In this document: positions 15,501-24,627 of the stretch, in pieces
How the letters are laid out: every line of letters begins with the position of its first letter
Numbering within the stretch: position 1 is the stretch's first letter
Assembly: GCA_964557525.1 (NCBI GenBank)
Contig: CAZLAJ010000001.1
Location: 1 to 26,786, forward strand
Source: an uncultured Gammaproteobacteria bacterium
Lineage (GTDB): Bacteria; Patescibacteriota; Microgenomatia; UBA1406; GWC2-37-13
Direction: 5' to 3'
DNA: 26,786 bases
Made by a program: the position numbers and the translations under genes
Notes under the pieces: model-generated
Databases searched by the model: none
What the model saw: only the letters and a program-made list of their open reading frames with translations
Told to the model about the DNA's origin: nothing

Positions 15501-16243
15501 TCTTCTTCAAGAACATCCATTGGGCGAAGAGCACGTACTGTTTTTACCAATCGGTCGTAGAACGCAGTTCGCTGATTGCGTTGTTCATTCATGCGGTCAG
15601 CAAGAAGCTTTAGTTGTTCGCGCTCTTTAAGGTCAATCTCACTCTTGGTGATTTCTTGCTGTTCTTTATTGGTGATCTTTTTTGAGACTGCGCCTTTTTG
15701 TTTTTGAAACTCATCGTCAACCTTCTGTTTATCTTTGATATGCTGATCTTCAAGTTGCTGTAGTTCGTCATTTTTGATCTTCTCTAGTTTGGTTGCGGTC
15801 TCTTTTTGTCCTTCTTTGTTTACATCCATTACTAAATACAGAGCGTAATAGATGATCCTCTCAAGAGATTGAGGAGGAATATCTAAAATGGCGCTCAATA
15901 TGGATGAGGTACCTTTAAAGTACCATATATGTGCGATAGGGGAGGCAAGCTTAATATGACCCATGCGTTCACGGCGCACAGCTGATGTGGTGATCTCAAC
16001 ACCGCAGCGGTCACAGACAATTCCCTTATATCTCATTCTCTTATACTTGCCGCAGTAACATTCATAATCTTTGGTTGGACCAAAAATCTTTTCATCAAAT
16101 AATCCGTCTTTTTCAGCGCGGAAGGTGCGATAATTTATCGTCTCTGGTTTTGTTACCTCTCCTTTTGACCAGCTTAAAATATCCTCGAGGGAGGCGAGAC
16201 GTATGCGAAGTCCATGAAAATCTACAATTTGTGCATCCTCCAT
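12455..16243 (-). CDS. rpoC: DNA-directed RNA polymerase subunit beta'
   Basis: [20 protein letters not shown] zinc site, [62 protein letters not shown]. Confidence 0.99.
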   Translation of the reverse strand: MEDAQIVDFHGLRIRLASLEDILSWSKGEVTKPETINYRTFRAEKDGLFDEKIFGPTKDYECYCGKYKRMRYKGIVCDRCGVEITTSAVRRERMGHIKLASPIAHIWYFKGTSSILSAILDIPPQSLERIIYYALYLVMDVNKEGQKETATKLEKIKNDELQQLEDQHIKDKQKVDDEFQKQKGAVSKKITNKEQQEITKSEIDLKEREQLKLLADRMNEQRNQRTAFYDRLVKTVRALRPMDVLEEDDYLFLREKALDEFVKVSMGSEAVFEILSSFNVQQQYDEALKLLSEVKGERRNKLLKKVRILESFLKANIQPKWMVLTVLPVIPPDLRPVVQLPGGKFATSDLNDFYRRVINRNNRLKQLIDLGAPEIILRNEKRMLQEAVDSLIDLQKSRGRSRTQTGASKVQKSLSDILRGKQGRFRQNLLGKRVDYSGRSTIIVGPELKINQAGIPKEMAIELFKPFLLHEIIVRGLAPNIKSAKNFLEKKEPVVYDILEQITKNHPILLNRAPTLHKLSVLAFYPVLTDSYAIKLHPTVTTGYNADFDGDAMGVFVPLSKNAIQEVESRMMPYHNLLKPADGSPISVPNKEMALGIYYLTTIDAKYTNVKDENLKVFATRNDAINSYHFGRVGLREPLMVRISGNIIRTSVGRIMFNNVLPEELRFINADVKASGIKALVMKAMNLLNDSVKTGELIDLIKELGFWSATVAGGLSFSIFDCAMIDEKDKIIQETEEEIQKVEQNYQQGLLTLEEKKRYSNTLWINTTEKLADLTWNALEEENPVKLSIKSEGPRASREQLKQISAIKGLVVDPLGRIIEVPTKSNYRQGLHIFEYVISARGARKGLTDSALKTADAGYLTRRLVDVAHDMIVREEDCTTENGLELSVEHNRGEKFWDRIKGRHLAHDVVHNKKTILKANDLLDEENIAKMKEAGVTAAVVRSPLFCQAKYGVCQKCYGIDLSTSKPVEIGVPVGVMAAQSVGEPGTQLTMKVRHFGGIVISDVTQGLPRVEELFETRTPKIVSPISEMNGKVEVKEDTEKDVYHVKISSVDHEPAIEQEYVIPTSQKLKVKDGDLVKSGMPLSEGYLDVSDILTIRGLRAAQQYLLDEIQHVYESQGIGIHDKHFEVIIRKMSDKVTIEDEGDTSFVKDEVVSQLRFEEENKKILAQGGRPSVGKVSILGITRAAIYTESWLSSASFERTTDVLSSAAIKGQIDHLLGLKENVIIGRLIPVTQDLISSYYGRFLNTYANNQPTDQNQTEEA

Positions 16244-16245
16244 AG

Positions 16246-19200
16246 TTATTTGATGTAATCAATTGCTAATCCGAGAGCGTTTAACTCTTTTACAAGAACA
16301 TGGAATGATTCCGGAACACTTGATTGCGGAATATCAATTCCCTTAATGATTGATTCAAATGCCTTTGTTCTTCCCCGAACGTCATCTGACTTGATGGTGA
16401 GAAGTTCTTGAAGGGTGTATGGTACGCGGTGTGATTCGAGCGCCCAGACCTCCATTTCTCCAAATCTTTGTCCTCCCATTTGCGACTTACCACCGAGTGG
16501 CTGCTGAGTAACAAGTGAGTATGGACCGACTGAACGTGCATGGAACTTATCCTCAACCATGTGAATAAGCTTGAGGATGTATCCAACTCCAACAAGTACC
16601 TCTTCCTCATAGGCTTTTCCTGTGCTTCCGTCATACAGCTTTGATTTTCCTGTTACGGGAAGTCCCAGCCTCTTATATTCATTAATCATGTACTCTTCCT
16701 TGAACTTCTCGAAGACAGGTATTGATATTCTGCTGTTATTTACCTTTGCGATACGTCCGAGCATGGTTTCAAAAAGCTGTCCCAGATTCATACGGGAAAG
16801 AATGGTGAGTGGAGAGATGACCACATCTACTGGGGTACCATCTTCAAGATATGGCATATCCCACTCTGGAAGTATTCGTGAAATGACTCCCTTATTCCCA
16901 TGTCTTCCTGCTAATTTATCTCCTACATTAATTTTTCTCAACTGAGCAGTGTTGACAATAATACGTTTGAGAATGCTCGGTTCGAGTTCATTGGGATCTT
17001 TCTTAGCATCGATAGTCTCAACATTAACAACCGTTCCCCGTTTCCCATACGGTATACGAAGAGATGTGTCTTTAACATCTTTTGCTTTTTCTCCAAAGAT
17101 AGCCCGCAGAAGTCTCTCCTCTGCTGTCAGTTCTTTCTCGCCCTTTGGAGCAACCTTACCAACGAGAATATCTCCACCCTTGACCTCTGTTCCAATAAGA
17201 ATCATTCCTTCTTTATCAAGGTGTTGAAGGACATCTTCTCTCACGTTTGGAATATCTCCCGTGAGCTCTTCAGGTCCAAGTTTTGTATCAACCACATCGG
17301 CGATAAACTCTTCTGATGTGATAGAGGTTAGCAAATCTTCTTTCAGTACTCGTTCTGAAATGACAAAACCATCCTCATACCCAAGACCGTTGAGCGAGGT
17401 ATAGGCGACAACGAGATTCTGTCCGAGTGCCAGGTTTCCGTTATCAGTACAGGGACCATCGATTAATAGTTCTCCCTTTTTAATTTTCTGGTTTGGCTCT
17501 ACGCGTGGTTTCTGATCAAACATAACATCTTTGTTAGTTCGTACGAATCTTTCAAGCTCATATACATGTTCTTTACCACTCTTGCCTTTGTATACTATCT
17601 TCTGTCCATCTACGTGTGTAACTGTTCCATCCTCTTCGGCATAAAGGCTGCGGTTTAATGATGAGGCAACCTTCTTTTCCATTCCTGTTCCAATGACCGG
17701 AGCAGTCGCGCGGACAAGAGGCACTGCCTGACATTGCATGTGTGATCCCATGAGTGCCCGGCTTGCATCATCATTCTGGAGGAATGGGATGAGTGCAGCA
17801 GATGCGCCTATAACCTGGCGAGAGCTCACATCAATTAAATCTAGTTTGTCTGTTGTCACCTCGACGATGTCTCCATCATGTCGGGCAATAACATATGTAT
17901 CAGTTATATATCCCTTTTCATCAATGGTGACGCTTGTTGAGGTGATATGGTACTGTTCCTCATCATCTGCCTGCAGGTAAACAATCTCGTCTGAGATGCG
18001 TACCTTAGTTTTATTTCCAGCCTTTTCTTTTACTGGTTTGCGGTAAGGCGACTCAAGAAACCCGTATTCGTTCACTCTTGAGGTCAGAGCCATGTATGTC
18101 ACCACACCAATGTTTGGACCTTCTGGGGATCTAATCGGATCAATTCTTCCGTACTGGGAAGATGAGATATCTCTGATAGAGAATGACGCTCTCTCTTTTT
18201 CAATACCTCCGGGACCACCAACGGTGATGCGTCGGAGATTATCAAGTTCTGATAATGGATTAGTCTGATCAACGATCGTAGAAAGTTGGCTGGTTCGGTA
18301 GAACGAGTTAATTGCAACAATGAGAGGTTTAGAGTTTACAATTTGAGACGGATTAACGCTCACCTCGTTTGCAACTAAGCTCATTCTTTCTTTAATCTCC
18401 CTCTCAACCCGTACCATTCCTACCCGAATGCCGTACATGTTGATAAGCTCGCCAACTGTTCGGAGTCTGCGGTTTCCCAGATGGTCAATATCGTCAAATG
18501 AACCCTCACCTGCGGTAAGGTTTACAAGATATTTAATAGTGGCCATAATGTCGTCGAGACTCAGAAGGAAGTTTTCTCGAGAGATAGGATGGTTTACATT
18601 CAGTTTTTTATTTACCTTATACCTTCCAACCGGTGCTAGTGAGTAGCGGCGGTGGTTAAAGAATAGGTTGTTTAATGTTTCATATGCGTTTTCCAAAACG
18701 AGAGGTTCTCCTGGTTTCACCTTTCTGTAGATCTCAAGAACTGCTTCATCCTTGTTTTTGGTGTGGTCTTTTTTAAGGGTTGGGGCAATGTATTTGTCAA
18801 CAACAGTCTTACTGACATCGTTAAACTGTGAAAGTATCTGTGCATTGTTATGCCCTTGGAAAGATCTGATGAATGCAGTCGCCAAGAACTTTCTCTTTTT
18901 ATTTACCTTCATCTCAATGAGGTTGTTTTTGTTGATGGTGATATCAATCCAAGCACCAATATATGGGCGGATCTCTGCATTATAGAGTGTAAGTCCGGTT
19001 GTTTTATCAACCTCAGCGGTAAAGTAAACGCCTGGAGATCTGGAGATCTGGCTGATAACTGCTCTTTCAATGCCATTTATGATAAACGTTCCCCGGCTTG
19101 TCATCTTTGGCAGGTTGAAGAAGTAGACGTCCTGTTTTTTTTCTGTACCTGTCTTTTTGTTTAATAGTCTTAATGAAAGATAGATCGGCACATCATAGGT

Positions 19201-19461
19201 AAGTTTTTTCTGTTGGCAAAGTTCTATGGAGTACCGTGGCTCTCCAAAGTAAATATCATCGAAGTAAAGAGTAAATTTCTTACCGGTATAGTCGTCAATG
19301 GGGAAGAATTCATTGAGCGTGTCTTTTAGATCCTTATTGAGGAAAGTCTCCCAAGAATCTTTTTGTACTTTTATGAGGTCGAAGTTTTCGAGTATTTGGT
19401 CATCTGGTCCGAGTAAAATTTGTGACTGAGGGGCAATGTTAGATTTGTCTGATTTAGCCAT
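16246..19461 (-). CDS. rpoB: DNA-directed RNA polymerase subunit beta (1071 aa from ATG 19461)
   Basis: GTFIINGIER, DIDHLGNRR, PEGPNIG, GDKLAGRHGNKG, GGQRFGEMEVWALE. The ORF-track start at 19536 lies inside the promoter spacer and is rejected. Confidence 0.99.
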   Translation of the reverse strand: MAKSDKSNIAPQSQILLGPDDQILENFDLIKVQKDSWETFLNKDLKDTLNEFFPIDDYTGKKFTLYFDDIYFGEPRYSIELCQQKKLTYDVPIYLSLRLLNKKTGTEKKQDVYFFNLPKMTSRGTFIINGIERAVISQISRSPGVYFTAEVDKTTGLTLYNAEIRPYIGAWIDITINKNNLIEMKVNKKRKFLATAFIRSFQGHNNAQILSQFNDVSKTVVDKYIAPTLKKDHTKNKDEAVLEIYRKVKPGEPLVLENAYETLNNLFFNHRRYSLAPVGRYKVNKKLNVNHPISRENFLLSLDDIMATIKYLVNLTAGEGSFDDIDHLGNRRLRTVGELINMYGIRVGMVRVEREIKERMSLVANEVSVNPSQIVNSKPLIVAINSFYRTSQLSTIVDQTNPLSELDNLRRITVGGPGGIEKERASFSIRDISSSQYGRIDPIRSPEGPNIGVVTYMALTSRVNEYGFLESPYRKPVKEKAGNKTKVRISDEIVYLQADDEEQYHITSTSVTIDEKGYITDTYVIARHDGDIVEVTTDKLDLIDVSSRQVIGASAALIPFLQNDDASRALMGSHMQCQAVPLVRATAPVIGTGMEKKVASSLNRSLYAEEDGTVTHVDGQKIVYKGKSGKEHVYELERFVRTNKDVMFDQKPRVEPNQKIKKGELLIDGPCTDNGNLALGQNLVVAYTSLNGLGYEDGFVISERVLKEDLLTSITSEEFIADVVDTKLGPEELTGDIPNVREDVLQHLDKEGMILIGTEVKGGDILVGKVAPKGEKELTAEERLLRAIFGEKAKDVKDTSLRIPYGKRGTVVNVETIDAKKDPNELEPSILKRIIVNTAQLRKINVGDKLAGRHGNKGVISRILPEWDMPYLEDGTPVDVVISPLTILSRMNLGQLFETMLGRIAKVNNSRISIPVFEKFKEEYMINEYKRLGLPVTGKSKLYDGSTGKAYEEEVLVGVGYILKLIHMVEDKFHARSVGPYSLVTQQPLGGKSQMGGQRFGEMEVWALESHRVPYTLQELLTIKSDDVRGRTKAFESIIKGIDIPQSSVPESFHVLVKELNALGLAIDYIK

Positions 19462-19527
19462 TAGGTAGATGGATAAAAAATGTTTATAAAGAAAAAGATC
19501 CCTCCCGAACAAGGGTAAAACTAGAAT

Positions 19528-19556
19528 ACTATACACGCGTCCTCTTTATTTGTCAA
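19528..19556 (-). promoter_or_regulatory. Sigma70 promoter of the rpoB-rpoC-rpsL-rpsG operon
   Basis: Minus strand: TTGACA (19556-19551), 17 nt, TATAGT (19533-19528). Confidence 0.8.
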
Positions 19557-19565
19557 GAGTATTTG

Positions 19566-19898
19566 CTACTTTATGATGAATTTTTTAGCAGAATGTTTCG
19601 TTTGGGTGGAAAGTCCGTCTATCTTTTGGAGGATAGTATCAATAGTGTGGCTTGATTTCTTTTCTGGTACATCGTTTTGTTTGCCTTCCGATCCTGCAAT
19701 GTTCTTCAGCTCGCGTTCTATCCCTTCTTTCAGATGTGGGAGGTGACCTTCAAAATCACTTAGTATAGCGTGAAGTTTATGTGTTATATTCGTGCTATTT
19801 TTAGGATTAAGGGCATAAGAACTGATTGCAGCTGCTGCGGTCCCCATAAAAAAGCCAAACCAAAACTGACCCCATTTATCTTTTTCATCGTTTTCCAT
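19566..19898 (-). CDS. YtxH-domain-like protein
   Basis: FWFGFFMGTAAAAISSYALNP-type N-terminal helix followed by a charged helical region. It lies downstream of a DUF948/YtxG-like gene, as in ytxG-ytxH pairs. Confidence 0.65.
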   Translation of the reverse strand: MENDEKDKWGQFWFGFFMGTAAAAISSYALNPKNSTNITHKLHAILSDFEGHLPHLKEGIERELKNIAGSEGKQNDVPEKKSSHTIDTILQKIDGLSTQTKHSAKKFIIK

Positions 19899-20145
19899 TT
19901 TTTTGAGAGTGGACGAACTCGATAATCCGGGAAAGTGTCTTGAAGCCGGTGAAGAAGCCGGAAAACTCTTCCATTCCCTGCTCTGCAGCTGTACTCATTT
20001 GTTCGAGATTATCGATCACTGCATTTGTTTTAATTAGTGTTTTCCTCAGTTCCTTCAGCACAAAAATGAGCTGTATTCCAACAATCGTAAGGAGCACAGT
20101 GGTAATACTAATGACCACAGTAAGAAGCAGTTGAGTTGTATCCAT
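19885..20145 (-). CDS. DUF948/YtxG-like single-TM protein with helical tail (86 aa)
   Basis: MDTTQLLLTVVISITTVLLTIVGIQLIFVLKELRKTLIKTNAVIDNLE. The start at 20145 is supported by the promoter directly upstream. Confidence 0.7.
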   Translation of the reverse strand: MDTTQLLLTVVISITTVLLTIVGIQLIFVLKELRKTLIKTNAVIDNLEQMSTAAEQGMEEFSGFFTGFKTLSRIIEFVHSQKNGKR

Positions 20146-20151
20146 GTATAC

Positions 20152-20180
20152 ATTCTGCAAGCGGATGCACAAAATGTCAA
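20152..20180 (-). promoter_or_regulatory. Sigma70 promoter (leaderless) for the DUF948-like gene
   Basis: TTGACA (20180-20175), 17 nt, CAGAAT (20157-20152), then 6 nt to ATG. Confidence 0.55.
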
Positions 20181-20226
20181 TGGGGGATATACTCTGAGCT
20201 TGTAGGGGTGCCGTTATGCTTTCTTG

Positions 20227-20997
20227 TTATTTTGAGTTGAGATTAAACTCTTCCATGAGCTTGCTTAAAAACGGCGAACCGTTTTTCTTAGCCCAGTAGA
20301 GATTGGCCAGAAGAAGGGTATCGAATGTTCCCGCATCTAACCAGTATCCTTCAAGCTCAGCCCAGCTCAGCTTGCCATCTTTGATATAGCAGTTGAGAAG
20401 GTCAGGAACCTCAAGTTGGCCTCGGTCTGAAGGTTTAATATGTGGTATGTAGTCCCATGCCGTACCGTCGAATATATACAATCCAACTGAGGCATAGTTT
20501 GAAGGAGGATCTTTAGGTTTCTCGATAATTTCATCAATCTTAGTGGGGTCTTCGCTGTTAAATCTCGGAACACCAAATCGCTGTGGATCAGGTACTTTTT
20601 TAAGGAATGTCACAGCACCTTCCTTGAAGTTGGCGACAGCGCTTGATATATCTGCGTCTGTTGTATTGTCTCCCAGTATTACCGTTATTGGCTCTCTGTC
20701 TGCATAGTCTTTGGCAACCGCAAGCGCATCGACAATACCACCGTTTGGCTTGTCTTGATAGGCGTATTCGACATGGTCAATACCAAAATCTTTTCCATTC
20801 TTTAATACTGGTATGAAGTGACCGGCGTGAGGTCCGGAAACAACGATTAATATCTCTTTTATTCCTGCTTTTACCAATGTTTGGATGGGGTAGTAGATCA
20901 TTGGCTTGTCATAGACAGGAAGGAGATGTTTATTTGTCGCAAACGTAAGGGGGTAGAGACGAGTCGCAAGTCCGCCAGCAAGGATGACGCCTTTCAT
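20227..20997 (-). CDS. rmlA: Sugar-1-phosphate nucleotidyltransferase, short RmlA/SpsI-like (glucose-1-phosphate thymidylyltransferase family)
   Basis: KGVILAGGLATRLYPLT..NKHLLPVYDKPMIYYP, ILGDN, IEKP, SDRGQLEV, WLDAGTFD. No rmlBCD genes nearby, so the substrate is uncertain. Confidence 0.8.
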   Translation of the reverse strand: MKGVILAGGLATRLYPLTFATNKHLLPVYDKPMIYYPIQTLVKAGIKEILIVVSGPHAGHFIPVLKNGKDFGIDHVEYAYQDKPNGGIVDALAVAKDYADREPITVILGDNTTDADISSAVANFKEGAVTFLKKVPDPQRFGVPRFNSEDPTKIDEIIEKPKDPPSNYASVGLYIFDGTAWDYIPHIKPSDRGQLEVPDLLNCYIKDGKLSWAELEGYWLDAGTFDTLLLANLYWAKKNGSPFLSKLMEEFNLNSK

Positions 20998-21032
20998 ATA
21001 TGTTTAAAAATTGATATGAGCGGTAGTTCCGC

Positions 21033-21317
21033 TTATCTTGGAAAAATAATGAGTTTTAAAAGAAAAATGATGGTAAAACCAATCAGCACATATTCTATCA
21101 CAGTTTTCAGACTCAGGCTCTTATTTTTCTTATGATGCAATATGCCCCATATGATATATATGCCGGTAAATGCAACAAGTACCGCATACTGGAGTGTTGG
21201 CATGCCTTGAAACAGAAACATAGTAATCACAAAGAGACTACCCGCAGTAAGGAGAATGATATAGTCCGTTTTATACTCTCTATACTCTTTTTGTATGTGT
21301 TTGAAAAGGTGGTTCAT
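21033..21317 (-). CDS. Small three-TM hypothetical membrane protein
   Basis: 94 aa with three hydrophobic segments (YIIWGILHH..EY pattern). ATGA-coupled to the CAP gene. Confidence 0.75.
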   Translation of the reverse strand: MNHLFKHIQKEYREYKTDYIILLTAGSLFVITMFLFQGMPTLQYAVLVAFTGIYIIWGILHHKKNKSLSLKTVIEYVLIGFTIIFLLKLIIFPR

Positions 21318-22249
21318 AGTTTCATTGTAATACCTTTAAGCACTGAACCTTGGGCAATAAAGTACATACCAACGAGGATAAACAGGATGAAGAGCAGGTG
21401 TGCGATATTCTTGCCTGTCACCCTGAAGAGCTTCATCCTGAGAGAGAAATAGAGATCCAAGAGAAGTGCAATACCAAGAATAACGAGAAAGATAACATTG
21501 CCGCTATACATATACGGCTGAACTGTTTTTTTTGGTGTTTGTTCTGATGCATACGCCGGCTTGACCGCAAGTCCGGCCAGCTCGTCATGAGCAGGGGTGG
21601 GTGGTGCAGTGGGAGCGATCGTAGGCGCGGTGATATTATGCTCTTTAGCTTGTATATTTGCTGGTATAGTGACTGCGCTTAACGGTTTTCCGAACATTTG
21701 AACAACAAGAGTAGTCTCTTCGCCGTTAATGCTTCCGTTCATCACAGCATATCCTACATCGGAGTATTCTGGTTTGAGGACATTCTCACGATGAGTAGGA
21801 GAGTTCATCCAGGCATTTACAACCCCGTCACTAAACAAAAAGTTTTTTGCCAGATTCTCTCCTGCATACTCGTACTGGTAACCTGAAGAGAGGATAAAGT
21901 CCCAGGGAGTCTCCCCATTGGGTCCATAGTGTGCCCAGTAATCTTTCGCAAACATATCTCGTGCTTTTGCAGCAGCTGCCTGAGACAGTTTTTCATTATA
22001 TGTTAGATCAGTCAATCCATTTTTTTCTCTTTCCTGATTGGTCAGCTGAAACAGCTTCGAGACGGAAATATCAGTTGCGATTCCCAGCACATTAGTTAAT
22101 GGTCCTGAGAAATTCCTAAACACAACTGTTAAAAGCAGGGCAAATGCAAAGTAGAGAGAAAGCATGTCAGTATGCAGTAGCTTTGAGCGAAAATTGTTTG
22201 ATTCATGCGGGATGAAGAAGTGCCGTATCCAATGATGTAGAGATTTCAT
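21314..22249 (-). CDS. Membrane-anchored CAP/SCP domain protein
   Basis: TNQEREKNGL..L..AAAAKARDM..YWAH, GENLAKNF, WMNSPTHRENVL; N-terminal TM, Pro/Thr linker and two C-terminal TMs. Confidence 0.9.
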   Translation of the reverse strand: MKSLHHWIRHFFIPHESNNFRSKLLHTDMLSLYFAFALLLTVVFRNFSGPLTNVLGIATDISVSKLFQLTNQEREKNGLTDLTYNEKLSQAAAAKARDMFAKDYWAHYGPNGETPWDFILSSGYQYEYAGENLAKNFLFSDGVVNAWMNSPTHRENVLKPEYSDVGYAVMNGSINGEETTLVVQMFGKPLSAVTIPANIQAKEHNITAPTIAPTAPPTPAHDELAGLAVKPAYASEQTPKKTVQPYMYSGNVIFLVILGIALLLDLYFSLRMKLFRVTGKNIAHLLFILFILVGMYFIAQGSVLKGITMKL

Positions 22250-22250
22250 T

Positions 22251-22655
22251 CTAGATGAATAAATATCGCTTTATGCGTTTGAAATTATAGTAGATGAATG
22301 TGAGCATGAGACTCATACCAAGCGTATCGATCATCACATCTCTTGGTCTGCCCTCACGAGTCGGTACAAATGTCTGGTGAATTTCATCTGACGCGGCGTA
22401 GAGAATACCGATAAGAAGTGGTATTGTGAACGACTGCATAAATGGTTTTGTCTTTTGTTTTTTGTAGTTAAAGGCGCGAAACAGAAGAAGGTAGAGAAAT
22501 GCATATTCGATAATATGGAGAGATTTAAAGAAAATAAAACTGATTGTATAGGAGTCGGTTACCGGTACACGGGGTCGAGAGGAGAAATAGAATATTACGG
22601 CCATCCAAATAAAAAGGGGGAACCAGTAACGTACAAACACTCCGAGTTTCTTCAT
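22251..22655 (-). CDS. VanZ-like family membrane protein
   Basis: WMAVIFYFSS, KSLHIIEYAFL, YAASDEIHQTFVPTREGRPRDVMID. ATG 22655 is 6 nt after TGgCATAAT. Confidence 0.88.
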   Translation of the reverse strand: MKKLGVFVRYWFPLFIWMAVIFYFSSRPRVPVTDSYTISFIFFKSLHIIEYAFLYLLLFRAFNYKKQKTKPFMQSFTIPLLIGILYAASDEIHQTFVPTREGRPRDVMIDTLGMSLMLTFIYYNFKRIKRYLFI

Positions 22656-22662
22656 AAAACTA

Positions 22663-23949
22663 TTATGCCACACTCTTTATTTTCAACACAAGTGAGAGGA
22701 GACTAATGAGGGAGAAAGAGAATGATGAAAAAGATAGACTTTTGAGAAGCGCTGTTTGCTGTGGGACATTTTTGTCTCCTGTGTCACTGTCGACTGTTTT
22801 TATGTTAGACACTTTTATCTCATTTACATTAACAGTTTCATCTTGTTGATTTTTTTGATGTGATTCATGTATTTCTGACCAGGCGAGCGGGTCTTCAGAT
22901 GGTATTGTTCCATCCTGTTGTCCATCAAACGCATCCTCCTGAGCTGTCGCTCCGAGTATAAGAGCATCAGGTTGTGGGGTCGATTCAACATATGGTTGAG
23001 AAACGGTGGGTGTTGGCGTCTCGTTAGGTATACATTCGCTATTGACTGCATTTTTTGTTGCCGAGGTCTGACAGTAATCATTTCCATTTTTCTGAAGAGA
23101 CCATGACTGTGATTGACTAATACTACTATATGAGGTTTTTGCGACTTCCTTTCCCTCGGGATTGAGAAGCCTGATCACGTCACCATCGTTGTTAAATAAC
23201 GATACAGAAAGGTCAAATGACAGAAAAGAGAGAGGAGGAATAGTTCCTGACAGTTTTTGTGGTGCGCTGCCGCCGTTTTCTCCATCATCCATACTCCAAC
23301 TATCTACGGAAACTTGAAAAATGTTAGGGTTATATAGTTCTACCCATTCTTTTTCATTTGATAGCGGATATGGGTATATCTCGGAGAGGATGAGGTTTGG
23401 GTAGGGGGTCGGAGTTATCGTAGGTGAGGGGGATGGAGTGTTTGTGGGGGTGAGGGTTGGTAGCGTGCGGATACAGCTTACAGTGGGATTTGTGTTAAAA
23501 AAGCCGATGGATGAAGATGTGGCGGTCCATACATCGCCTCCGTCAGGGAGTCGGGAAGAGGAGAGTCCAATTGTCGGAGCCCTTGAGTAACTGTATGAAT
23601 CTTTGAGGCCCGCAGAAGAGGATGTTGGGGGCATGGTCGAGTCAAAGAGGCGAACTGTATCTGCTGATGTTTTGTTTAGGTTTACATCGCCGCTGTATAC
23701 GTAACAGGCGTTTGGTAAAAGTATAGTGTTAGAAGGAATCGTTGCGTATGTGCTCCCGCCGCTATCATCGAGATACCAGTTTGATATATCGGCCTCTTCA
23801 GAGCCGTCGTTAAGAAGCTCGATTTGCTGCATGCCGGTTTCAATAGTCACTTCGTTTATCTTTATCGCTGCGTACGCTCCTGATGAGAGAAGGAAGATAA
23901 ATAGAAGAGATAGAGACAACACAAAAATGAAATGTATTTTTAAGCCCAT
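22663..23949 (-). CDS. Secreted/surface protein with two lamin-tail domains and Pro/Thr linkers
   Basis: Signal peptide; IKINEV..IELLN..DISNWYLDD and ILSEIYP..EWVELYN..VDSWSMDD repeats; PTLTPTNTPSPSPTITPTP linker; hydrophobic C-terminus. Confidence 0.82.
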   Translation of the reverse strand: MGLKIHFIFVLSLSLLFIFLLSSGAYAAIKINEVTIETGMQQIELLNDGSEEADISNWYLDDSGGSTYATIPSNTILLPNACYVYSGDVNLNKTSADTVRLFDSTMPPTSSSAGLKDSYSYSRAPTIGLSSSRLPDGGDVWTATSSSIGFFNTNPTVSCIRTLPTLTPTNTPSPSPTITPTPYPNLILSEIYPYPLSNEKEWVELYNPNIFQVSVDSWSMDDGENGGSAPQKLSGTIPPLSFLSFDLSVSLFNNDGDVIRLLNPEGKEVAKTSYSSISQSQSWSLQKNGNDYCQTSATKNAVNSECIPNETPTPTVSQPYVESTPQPDALILGATAQEDAFDGQQDGTIPSEDPLAWSEIHESHQKNQQDETVNVNEIKVSNIKTVDSDTGDKNVPQQTALLKSLSFSSFSFSLISLLSLVLKIKSVA

Positions 23950-24006
23950 TACTTCTGACCATACTGAAGTGACCTCAGATATTCAATCGACTATAATCGA
24001 CAGGGT

Positions 24007-24015
24007 TGATATAAT
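24007..24015 (+). promoter_or_regulatory. Extended -10 promoter (leaderless) for the HAD gene
   Basis: TGaTATAAT, 6 nt before ATG 24022. Confidence 0.65.
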
Positions 24016-24021
24016 CTCCAC

Positions 24022-24627
24022 ATGAAAAACAAAGTATCATACATTTATTTTGATATCGGAGGAGTGTTTTTTAATTGGAGAAAGACAGTAGCACAGCTTG
24101 CCAATCACTTAGATGTTGATGAGAAGACGTTTTGGAATGTGTTTGTTGAACTTGATGAAGGGGTGTGTGCGGGACGAATGTCAGCTCAGAATTTGTGGAG
24201 AGAGTATAAAAAGAGATATCCGAATGCAGAAGATATAGATGAATTTCTCGTATGGTGGACTGATCGGTTTGAGCCATATCATGAGACACATAGGCTTGTG
24301 CACGATGTAATAAAGAAGTATCGAGTGGGTCTGATTACGAATATCTATCCAGACGCATATCCACGAATGTTACAGAAGGGGCATGTTCCTGATCTTCCGT
24401 ACGAAGTCGTGGTTGAGTCATGCAAAGTGGGCCCAAATAAACCAGATGATAAGATATTTATTCATGCTGAAGAACAAGCAAATGTTCCCCCTACTGAAAT
24501 ATTTTTCATAGATGATTCTGAAAGGAATATAACTGCGGCTAATGCCAGAGGCTGGCAGGGATTTCTCTTTAATGAAGATGATCCGGCTGCTGCAGCGAAA
24601 GAAATTCGAAGATTATTGGACGTGTAA
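24022..24627 (+). CDS. HAD-superfamily hydrolase (YihX-like phosphatase)
   Basis: Motif I FDIGGV, motif II LITN, motif III KPD, motif IV FIDDSERNITAA..GW. Confidence 0.9.
   Translation: MKNKVSYIYFDIGGVFFNWRKTVAQLANHLDVDEKTFWNVFVELDEGVCAGRMSAQNLWREYKKRYPNAEDIDEFLVWWTDRFEPYHETHRLVHDVIKKYRVGLITNIYPDAYPRMLQKGHVPDLPYEVVVESCKVGPNKPDDKIFIHAEEQANVPPTEIFFIDDSERNITAANARGWQGFLFNEDDPAAAAKEIRRLLDV

Noticed and set aside
18271-18279. AACGATCGT inside rpoB as a second SOS box
   Set aside because: It lies deep in coding sequence, lacks the outer GT..AC arms and is far from any promoter.
9889-19164. Many 60-115 aa alternative-frame or antisense ORFs within fusA, rpoC and rpoB, and similar ones elsewhere
   Set aside because: They are fully nested in highly conserved genes, have no motifs or initiation signals, and are expected shadow ORFs.
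19462-19536. 25-aa N-terminal extension of RpoB from the ORF-track start at 19536
   Set aside because: That start codon lies inside the TTGACA-17-TATAGT promoter, upstream of the expected TSS. ATG 19461 is the plausible start.
20181-20226. G-rich spacer as a tRNA fragment or terminator
   Set aside because: No cloverleaf, T-loop or stable hairpin with a U-tract could be built.
23360-23470. Low-complexity repeats in the lamin-tail gene as a tandem repeat or CRISPR-like array
   Set aside because: They encode a Pro/Thr linker with degenerate codons, with no fixed repeat-spacer periodicity.
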